A stretch of 64,000 nt of DNA from contig CBDBOV010000004.1 in assembly GCA_965208575.1 (NCBI GenBank), positions 320,001 through 384,000 on the forward strand. Direction: 5' to 3'. This DNA comes from Spirochaetia bacterium. GTDB taxonomy: Bacteria > Spirochaetota > Spirochaetia > SZUA-6 > Bin103. Below are positions 27,286 to 34,701 of the stretch, in pieces (position 1 is the stretch's first letter; the number at the start of each line of letters is the position of its first letter). A program made the translations under genes and the position numbers. Under the pieces are notes generated by a model, which searched no databases, was not told the DNA's origin, and was given only the letters and a program-made list of their open reading frames with translations.

Positions 27286-28446
27286 TCAGGCGATGACCTC
27301 GCCGGCCCACAGCCGGCTCAGGAAGCGCCGCCAGGGCACGATGCGAACGCCGCCGACGTCGCGCTCCTCCGGCTCCACGCTCACCACCAGCGCTGCCCGC
27401 GGCCGGTGTTCCTGCGCGAACGCGCGCAGGGGCCGCAGATCCCGGTCGCGAACGTGCGAGGAGCCCTTCACCGCGACCGCCACCTCCCCCGCGCCGAGGA
27501 TGAAGTCCACTTCCAGCCCCGAGCGAGTGCGCCAGAAGTGGATGTCGTACTGCAGTTCGCTGTACGATGCGTGCGCCGTCAACTCCATCAGGACAAAGTG
27601 TTCCAGGGCTTGCCCGAACTGCTCGCCGCGCGGCTCGGCAATGCGGCGCTTGACCAATGCCCCGGCGACGCCGACGTCGAACAGGTAGAACTTCGGGGTC
27701 CGCGACAGCACTCGCCGGTCCTGGCGCTTGCGGTACGGCGGCACCATTCTCCCGAGGAGCGTGTCGGACAGGATCTGGTAGTACTCCCGGACCGTCTTGG
27801 CGTCGACGCCGCAGTCGCGGGCGATGTTCGTGTAGTTGGTGAGCTGACCGTGCGAGTAGCCGACCGCCTCGAAGAAGCGCGCGAACGCGGCCACGTTTCG
27901 CGTCAGGCCCTCGGCAAAGACCTCCTCCGACAGGTAGTCGCGCACGTAGGCGTCAAGCGACTTGCGATAGCCGTCGGACAGGTAGTGGGACGGAATCATG
28001 CCCCGGTTCAGCGCCCGCAGAAGATCCACGTTGCCCAGCTCGGCGGTGACGAACGGGAACATCTCGTACCGCCACGCCCGCCCGCCGAGCAGGTTCGCCC
28101 GGCCGCGCTTCAGCTTGCGCGCGCTCGAACCGCACAGGATGAACCTCAGGCCGCGGTTCTCGATGAGCCAATGGACCTCGTCCAGCAGCTCGGGCACCTT
28201 CTGCACTTCGTCGATGATCACCGGCTTGGCCAGCAGGTGCTCGGTCTGGGCCAGGAGCCGCTCGCGCAACAGCGCCGGTCGCCGAAGCAGGGCGATGACC
28301 AGATCGGAATCGAGCAGGTCGAAACGCACGCTGTCGGGGAATCGGTGCTGCAGGTAGGTCGACTTGCCGGTCTTGCGGGCGCCCCACAGGAATGCCGACT
28401 GCCGCTGCGGCAGACCGACGTCGAGGACCCTGGTGGTAGGTGTCAT
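27286..28446 (-). CDS. AAA_14 ATPase with DUF4143 C-terminal domain
   Basis: GARKTGKS, IIDEVQK, CGSSA, LLGGRA, PKFYLFDVG and FWRTRSGLEVDFI. AGGAG SD upstream. Confidence 0.92.
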   Translation of the reverse strand: MTPTTRVLDVGLPQRQSAFLWGARKTGKSTYLQHRFPDSVRFDLLDSDLVIALLRRPALLRERLLAQTEHLLAKPVIIDEVQKVPELLDEVHWLIENRGLRFILCGSSARKLKRGRANLLGGRAWRYEMFPFVTAELGNVDLLRALNRGMIPSHYLSDGYRKSLDAYVRDYLSEEVFAEGLTRNVAAFARFFEAVGYSHGQLTNYTNIARDCGVDAKTVREYYQILSDTLLGRMVPPYRKRQDRRVLSRTPKFYLFDVGVAGALVKRRIAEPRGEQFGQALEHFVLMELTAHASYSELQYDIHFWRTRSGLEVDFILGAGEVAVAVKGSSHVRDRDLRPLRAFAQEHRPRAALVVSVEPEERDVGGVRIVPWRRFLSRLWAGEVIA

Positions 28447-28741
28447 GACGGGAACGAACTCCTGATTTGCCAAGTTAACACGAATCAAGATCCAGGAATA
28501 CTCCCCCACCGTGACGTAGCCACGGCGGCGGGGGCACGTGACGCACGTCCACCAGCCGGCAGGCCGCCCGGCGCACCCGCTGTCAGCCCCGTCGCGGCGC
28601 CCGCGCGGGGACACGGTTACGATACGAAGTGTCCTAAATGATTACCAACAATAGATGTACTTTCATGCCACAGGTGCCAAATATTTATTGACTAATCGTT
28701 CCAATCACTTCACATTCTCGGGCATGGACGGTGTGACGCGC

Positions 28742-31700
28742 ATGGATCGGCAGGCCGGAGAAGCGGTGCACGATGGGCGCGCCGCCACTGCGGCGGCGTG
28801 GGCGGGAGGTTGTGCGGGGCTTGCGGTTTGCGATAACCGGAAGACGAGACAGACCGGCAGCCCCGTGGGTGAGCATGGCGCCGGCTGCGATCTCCGCATC
28901 GGCCGTCGGGGGCGCAGGCGGCGCGGCTCCTGGTGCGCGTTCGCCGCCGCGCTGGCCCTGCTGCTCGGCGCCGGGGCGGCGCAGGCGCAGACAGATACGG
29001 ATCCGCCGGAGCTGATCGCCGGCACGATCCACCAGAAGTCCGTGAAGCTGTACTTCAACGAGGACCTGGACACGACGGGCACCGCCCCCGCCGGGAGCCA
29101 GTTCGAGCTGTCCGGCACGACTACCACTACCGCCGGCTTCGGGACCATCAGCGGCGTCATGATCAGCGGGAGCGAGATCACGATGACGACGACCAACGCC
29201 TCGACCACGACCGAGACGGTCACCCTGGCCATCTCCACCACCACCGGGATCCAGGACCCTGCCGGCAATGCCCTGGCGCCGGTTTCGTCGTTCACGCTGA
29301 CCAACACCGCCGGCACCGACCCCGGCAAGCCGGCGCTGTCGACGGCGACGGTGAACGGGGACACGCTGACGCTGACCTACGACAAGACGTTGCATCCCGG
29401 CCGCGTACCGCAGACGAGCGCCTTCACGGTCGCGGGAACGGCGACCGCCACGACCGTGACCGGTGTCTCCGTTCCCCCCAACGGCACGGACGTGGTGCTG
29501 ACGCTGAGCACGGCGGTGACGCACGGCGAGTCCGGCATCACCGTGAGCTACAGCAAGGCGAATGCGCCCCGGACCCAGAACATGTGGGGCACGCAAGCGG
29601 ACGCGCTGACCACCCAGGCGGTGACCAACAAGACGCCGCCGGCGTTCCAGAGCGCGGCGGTGAACGGAGCCACGCTGACGGTGACGTTCGACGCGAACCT
29701 GAAGGCGACCCCGGCGCCGGCGGGCAGCGCGTTCACGCTGAGCGACGGAAAGAGCGGCACCGGCACGGCGAGCATCTCCGGGGCCACGGCGACGGTGACG
29801 CTGGACGCGGCGGTGGCGCACGGCGCGACGGTGACGGTGAGCTACGCCAAGCCCGCCAGCAACCCGCTGCAGGACGCCGCCGGCAACGAGGTGGTGGACT
29901 TCGCCGGACAGGCGGTGACCAACAACACCCCGGACACCCCGCCGGCGTTCGAGAGCGCGAGGGTGGACGGAGACAGGCTGGCGGTGATGTTCGACGAGCA
30001 CCTGGACGGAGACTCGGCGCCGGCGGGCAGCGCATTCACGTTGAGCGACGGCAAGAGCGGCACCGGCACGGCGGACATCTCCGGTGCCACGGCGATGGTC
30101 ACCCTGGACGCGGCGGTGGCGCCCGGCGCGGCGGTGACGGTGAGCTACACCAAGCCGGCCAGCGACCCGCTGCAGGACGCCGCCGGCAACGCCGTGCAGA
30201 ACTTCGCCGGCAACGCGGTGACCAACACCACGCCGCGGCCGCCGGCCGCGCCGGTGAACGGCGCGCCGGTGGCCGACGTGGGCGCCGACCAGGTGGTGGC
30301 GGTGGGGGCGGCGGTGACGCTCGACGGCTCCGGCAGCAGCGACCCGGACGGCGACCCGCTGACCTACGCCTGGACGCAGACCGGCGGCACGGCGGTGACG
30401 CTCGACGACGCCGGTGCGGCGCAGCCTACCTTCACCGCGCCTGCCGCGCCGGCGGAACTGGTGTTCGCGCTGACCGTGCACGACGGGGCGGCCGGCAGTG
30501 CCGCCGACACGGTCACGGTCACGGTGCGCGCGGCGGCCCCGGCCGCTCCCGTGCAACTGACCACCACCGCGATGGACGCGGCGGTGCGGCTGCGCTGGAG
30601 CATGGGCGGTGACGGCGGCTCGCCGGTGCTGCGCCACGAGTACCGGCAGAGCAGCGACGGGGGCGGGCGCTGGAGCGACTGGCGGGCTATCCCGGACAGC
30701 GCGCCGGGCGAGGCGAACGCGAGCGGCTTCACGGTCCACGGGCTCACCAACGGCATGGCGTACTCCTTCAGGGTACGCGCCGTGAACGTCGCCGGGGCCG
30801 GGCCGGGGTCGGCGCCGGCGGCGCCGGCGATGCCGCGCGTCAACCGGGCGCCGACGGCAGACGCCGGGCCGGACCGGCGTGTGGACGCCGGCGCCGCGGT
30901 AAGGCTGGACGGCTCCGGCAGCAGCGACCCGGACGGCGATCCGCTGACCTACGCGTGGCGGCAGACCGGCGGCACGGCGGTGACGCTCGACGACGCGGCG
31001 GCGGTGCGGCCGGCGTTCACGGCGCCGGCGCTGTCCGGCGAGCTGGAGTTTGCGCTGACGGTGACCGATCCGGAAGGGGCCGCCGGCAGCGACAGAGTGA
31101 CGGTACGGGTGCAGACCGATGCGGCGCTGCGCATGCAGCGGGCGAACGAGCGGATGCTGCCGCAGGTGTTGCGGGCGACTGCGGCCGGCACGCTGGCGGT
31201 GGTGGCGGAGCGCATCGAGCAGGCCGCCGCGGGGCGGATGCCGGGCGGCGGAGTGCTGCAGGTGGCGGCGCCGTTCGGGGGGCGGCCGGGTGTGTACGCG
31301 GTCGCGGACGCGCTGCCGCAGGTGGCGGACGGCGCCGCGTTCGCGCTGCCGCTGGCGTTGGCGGCGGGCGGCGTTGACGACGGGCCGGAGGCCGGGCAAG
31401 GGATGCTGTCGACGCTGACGGTCTGGGGCAGCGGCGACTACCGCAGCCTCGGCGACGGACCGGCCGCCGGCGCGGCTGGCGTGCGCTGGGACGGCGCCCT
31501 GCTGAGCGCGCACCTGGGCGTGGACCTGCGCCCGGCGCCGCACGTGCTGACCGGCCTGGCGCTGTCGTGGACGCAGGGGGCGTTCGATTACACCGACACC
31601 ACCGGCGGCGGCGCGCTGCGGGGTACCTGGAACAGCAGGCTGCTGGGGTTGCATCCGTACCTGAGCTGGGCGATGCCGCGGCTGGGGCTGTGGGTCACCG

Positions 31701-32533
31701 GCGGCGTCGGCTGGGGCGACGTGGTGATCGACGACGCGGCGGCGCCGGCGGCGGAGCGCGAGTCACTCAGCGCCCTGACCCAGATGCAGGCGGCCGGCGG
31801 TGGGCGGATGACGCTGCTGGAAGCGGACCTGCTGCCGGGCGGGCGCAGCAGCGCGGCGCTGAAGGCGGAGGCGTCGCTGGTGCAGGGCACGCTGCGCGGC
31901 AACGCGCAGCTCGCGCGGCTGACGGTGACCGCGCTGACGTCGCGGCTGCTGCTGGAGGGTCGCCACGAGCAGGAGTTGGGCGGCGGGTCGCGGCTGACGC
32001 CGTCGGTGGAGGTGGGCGTACGCCACGACAACGGCACCGGCCCGATCGGCACCGGACTGGAGGTGGGCGGCGCGCTGCGCTACGGCTACGGCGGCTGGCT
32101 GACGGTGGAGGGCCGCGGGCGGGTGCTGCTGACGCACAGCCGCGCGGCACTGCGCGAGTGGGGCGCGGGCGGCCTGGTCCTGGTGGCGCCGGGCGGCGGC
32201 GGGGCGGAGGGACTGGCGCTGCAGGTGCGCCCGGAGTGGGGCCCGGTGGCCGCGGGCGCGCAGCAGGTGTGGGCCGGCGCGGCGCCCGTGGGCGGCGGCG
32301 AGCGCGGGCAGCCGGCGGCGCGGCTGGCCGCGGAGGCGAGTTACGGCCTCGCGGTGCTCGGCGCGCAGGGGCTGCTGACACCGCTGGCCGGGATGACGCT
32401 GGCCGATGGCGCGGTGCACAGCTACCGGCTCGGCGGGCGCTTCGCGCTCGGCGACGCACTGCAGGTGAGCCTGATCGGCGAACGGGCCGCCGCCGCCTCC
32501 GCGCTGACCCTTACCGGCACCCTGCGCCACTGA
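28742..32533 (+). CDS. Large autotransporter-like adhesin: 4 SwmB-like, 2 PKD-like, 1 FN3 and a C-terminal beta-barrel
   Basis: Signal h-region AAALALLLGAGAAQA. Repeats of VTVSY.KP...LQDAAGN, then LDGSGSSDPDGDPLTYAW twice, GLTNGMAYSFRVRAVN, and barrel motifs VWGSGDYRSL, LHPYLSW, LTPSVEVGVRHD. Start uncertain (28655, 28724, 28742 or 28865). Confidence 0.88.
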   Translation: MDRQAGEAVHDGRAATAAAWAGGCAGLAVCDNRKTRQTGSPVGEHGAGCDLRIGRRGRRRRGSWCAFAAALALLLGAGAAQAQTDTDPPELIAGTIHQKSVKLYFNEDLDTTGTAPAGSQFELSGTTTTTAGFGTISGVMISGSEITMTTTNASTTTETVTLAISTTTGIQDPAGNALAPVSSFTLTNTAGTDPGKPALSTATVNGDTLTLTYDKTLHPGRVPQTSAFTVAGTATATTVTGVSVPPNGTDVVLTLSTAVTHGESGITVSYSKANAPRTQNMWGTQADALTTQAVTNKTPPAFQSAAVNGATLTVTFDANLKATPAPAGSAFTLSDGKSGTGTASISGATATVTLDAAVAHGATVTVSYAKPASNPLQDAAGNEVVDFAGQAVTNNTPDTPPAFESARVDGDRLAVMFDEHLDGDSAPAGSAFTLSDGKSGTGTADISGATAMVTLDAAVAPGAAVTVSYTKPASDPLQDAAGNAVQNFAGNAVTNTTPRPPAAPVNGAPVADVGADQVVAVGAAVTLDGSGSSDPDGDPLTYAWTQTGGTAVTLDDAGAAQPTFTAPAAPAELVFALTVHDGAAGSAADTVTVTVRAAAPAAPVQLTTTAMDAAVRLRWSMGGDGGSPVLRHEYRQSSDGGGRWSDWRAIPDSAPGEANASGFTVHGLTNGMAYSFRVRAVNVAGAGPGSAPAAPAMPRVNRAPTADAGPDRRVDAGAAVRLDGSGSSDPDGDPLTYAWRQTGGTAVTLDDAAAVRPAFTAPALSGELEFALTVTDPEGAAGSDRVTVRVQTDAALRMQRANERMLPQVLRATAAGTLAVVAERIEQAAAGRMPGGGVLQVAAPFGGRPGVYAVADALPQVADGAAFALPLALAAGGVDDGPEAGQGMLSTLTVWGSGDYRSLGDGPAAGAAGVRWDGALLSAHLGVDLRPAPHVLTGLALSWTQGAFDYTDTTGGGALRGTWNSRLLGLHPYLSWAMPRLGLWVTGGVGWGDVVIDDAAAPAAERESLSALTQMQAAGGGRMTLLEADLLPGGRSSAALKAEASLVQGTLRGNAQLARLTVTALTSRLLLEGRHEQELGGGSRLTPSVEVGVRHDNGTGPIGTGLEVGGALRYGYGGWLTVEGRGRVLLTHSRAALREWGAGGLVLVAPGGGGAEGLALQVRPEWGPVAAGAQQVWAGAAPVGGGERGQPAARLAAEASYGLAVLGAQGLLTPLAGMTLADGAVHSYRLGGRFALGDALQVSLIGERAAAASALTLTGTLRH
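29636..30229 (+). repeat. Tandem intragenic repeat (303-bp period) encoding SwmB-like domains 3 and 4
   Basis: ccgccggcgttc...gcgacgg.aagagcggcaccggcacggcg...ccgctgcaggacgccgccggcaacg begins at 29636 and again at 29939. Confidence 0.85.
30255..31115 (+). repeat. Two PKD-like domain DNA repeats (585-bp offset) flanking the FN3 domain
   Basis: gacggctccggcagcagcgacccggacggcga...gcagaccggcggcacggcggtgacgctcgacgacgc at 30323 and 30908. Confidence 0.8.
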
Positions 32534-32545
32534 GTTCACGCTGGT

Positions 32546-32720
32546 TCACGCTGCCTGGTACTCGTCCGGCGAGTTGTAGAACACCGGCACGCCGGAGCCG
32601 ACGAACCACCCGTTGCCGGCGCCGGCCGCGGACGCGGCGGCGTCCGAGTCCTCCTCCTGTGCCGGCGTGGCGAACAGCGGCAACGCCGCCGCCAGCATGA
32701 TCAATCGCAACGGGAATCTC
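32546..32720 (-). pseudogene. 5' remnant of a secreted solute-binding-type protein gene
   Basis: GGAGG SD, then RFPLRLIMLAAALPLFATPAQEEDSDAAASAAGAGNGWFVGSGVPVFYNSPDEYQAA-stop. The signal style matches the other binding proteins here. Confidence 0.5.
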
Positions 32721-32895
32721 TACCTGGTACCTCCATAGTCGAAACAGCTTCGACTTTTTCGGCGCCAGTAATGGGAGGCGCGGCAGACGGCGTGCCGCGA
32801 ACCGTGGCAGACTCGCGCGGACGCGTGGCCAGCCGGCCTGCAGCGGGCGCGCGATTGAATGCCATCGATGCACGCGAGAAGCGCACGGACCGAGG

Positions 32896-33300
32896 TCAGG
32901 CGCGCAATTCGCTCCAGGGGGACTGCTCGTGTACTTCTACCAGTTCGTAGCCCTCGGCACCGATGCAGGGCGCAAGGATGGCCAGCACCTTTGCCGGCGC
33001 TTCGGACACATTGAACGACGCGTGCACCATGGCGGCCGGGATGAACGCGGAGTCGCCCGCTCGCAGCGTCTGTTTGCGTTGGTCGACCCACTGCTCGATC
33101 TCGCCGTCGAGCACGTAGATCACCTCCTCCTGGTTGGGATGGCGGTGGAAGTTGTGGCCGCCGCCCGGGTCGAGCTTCACCTCGATCACCACGAGCTGCT
33201 TGGCAGCGGTGGTCTCGGGACGGCTGTGCCAGCCGAGTTCGAAACCCTCCATCGCATCGCGCTTCACCTCGTCGCGCGCAAAGAACTGACCTTGACTCAT
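32896..33300 (-). CDS. Cupin domain protein
   Basis: GGHNFHRHPNQEEVIYVLDG and LRAGDSAFIPAAMVHASFN. Confidence 0.92.
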   Translation of the reverse strand: MSQGQFFARDEVKRDAMEGFELGWHSRPETTAAKQLVVIEVKLDPGGGHNFHRHPNQEEVIYVLDGEIEQWVDQRKQTLRAGDSAFIPAAMVHASFNVSEAPAKVLAILAPCIGAEGYELVEVHEQSPWSELRA

Positions 33301-33362
33301 AGCCTGACGATAGTCGGGGCGGGGGCGCGTGTCGACCCTTCGGCTCCGGACGGTCGGATGGC

Positions 33363-34592
33363 ATGACGGTCTACCGCGGCTACCCGATCGCGGTAGTGCT
33401 GTTTCTGTCTACCGGACTGACCATCGGTACCAGCCAGTACGCGTTCGGCGAGTTCGCCGCACCGCTGCGCGAGCACTTCGGCTGGAGCCAGACGGCGCTC
33501 AACCTGTCGTTGAGTCTGGCTGTCGTGTCGGGATTGGTGGCGCCTCTTCTCGGGCGTGCGCTCGACCGCTGGGGCGCGCGCCCGGTGGCGGTGATCTCCC
33601 TGCTGCTGGTGGCGGCGGGATTCCTGCTGCGCCCGCTGATCAGCTCGCTGTGGCACTGGTACCTGTTCAGCGCGCTGGTGTACGCCGGCTTTCCCGGCGC
33701 CACCTCCCTCGCCTCGGGCAAGCTGGTCGCGCTGTGGTTTCCCGCTACCCGCGGCCGCGTGATGGGCGCGGTTACCTCCGGCAACAACGTCGGCGGGCTG
33801 GCCATGCCGGCGCTGGCCGCGGCAATGATCGCGGCCGGTGGATGGCAGTGGGGCTATGTGGCTTTTGGTAGCCTCATCGGGTTGTTGGCCGTGGTTGCCC
33901 TGTTCGTGATCCGGGAGGACGCGACCCAGGTGGCTCGGGAGATGCACGCGACCGGGCGCGGCGCCAGCGCAGCGGCGGCGCGCGGCCTGGCCGGCAGCGG
34001 CATGTCGCTGGCCGAGGCGCTGCGTAGCCGGCGCTTCTGGCTGGTGCTGGCAGGCCTGTTCGGAGCGACCTTCACCTACCAGGGAGTGCTGACCCAACTG
34101 CGCCAGCACTTCGGCGAGCACGGTTTCCCGCCCGCGCTCGCCACCACGGGACTCGCCGTGATCGCCGCCATGGGCATCGCCGCCAAGATCGTCTACGGGC
34201 GCGCCAGCGAGCGGTGGACGGCGCGCCGCGCCTGCATCGTGTCGGTCGCCCTGCAGACCGTGGGGCTTGTGGTCATGGCGCTGGCAGAGTCCGTCCCGGT
34301 GATGTGGGCGGGCATCGTCGTGTTCGGCATGGGGTTCGGCGGCCTCGGCGCCCTGCTGCTCCTGGTGGTGCAGGAAGCGTTCGGCATGAAGGCATTCGGC
34401 AGCATCATGGGAATGGTGCAGATGGTGATGATCGGTTCCTTGGCGGGCGGACCCGCACTCGCCGGCTGGCTGCACGACCGCTCCGGCTCGTTCACTTCCA
34501 CGTTCCTGATCATCGCCGTCCTGTTCGTCGCCGCCATCGTATGCCTCGCCGCCGCCGGCGACGCAGCGCCCCGGCGCACGTCCGCCGCGTGA
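33363..34592 (+). CDS. MFS transporter
   Basis: About 12 hydrophobic segments, motif A GRALDRWGAR, WFPATRG, and GWLHDRSGSF. Confidence 0.92.
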   Translation: MTVYRGYPIAVVLFLSTGLTIGTSQYAFGEFAAPLREHFGWSQTALNLSLSLAVVSGLVAPLLGRALDRWGARPVAVISLLLVAAGFLLRPLISSLWHWYLFSALVYAGFPGATSLASGKLVALWFPATRGRVMGAVTSGNNVGGLAMPALAAAMIAAGGWQWGYVAFGSLIGLLAVVALFVIREDATQVAREMHATGRGASAAAARGLAGSGMSLAEALRSRRFWLVLAGLFGATFTYQGVLTQLRQHFGEHGFPPALATTGLAVIAAMGIAAKIVYGRASERWTARRACIVSVALQTVGLVVMALAESVPVMWAGIVVFGMGFGGLGALLLLVVQEAFGMKAFGSIMGMVQMVMIGSLAGGPALAGWLHDRSGSFTSTFLIIAVLFVAAIVCLAAAGDAAPRRTSAA

Positions 34593-34701
34593 CGACCAGG
34601 CGACGGTACCGCCACGCGTGCGCACGCGTGGTGAGTCAGCCCGATCTGTCCTCAGGCGCGGCATCCCCACTCACCACAGGCCTCGAACGAGCCGGGAATC
34701 G

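Noticed and set aside
28685-31654. 989-aa antisense ORF, and similar long shadow ORFs such as 46718-49216, 17457-19811, 14536-16569 and 42163-43977
   Set aside because: Arg/Gly/His-rich translations opposite motif-supported genes. These are expected artefacts of high GC and codon bias.
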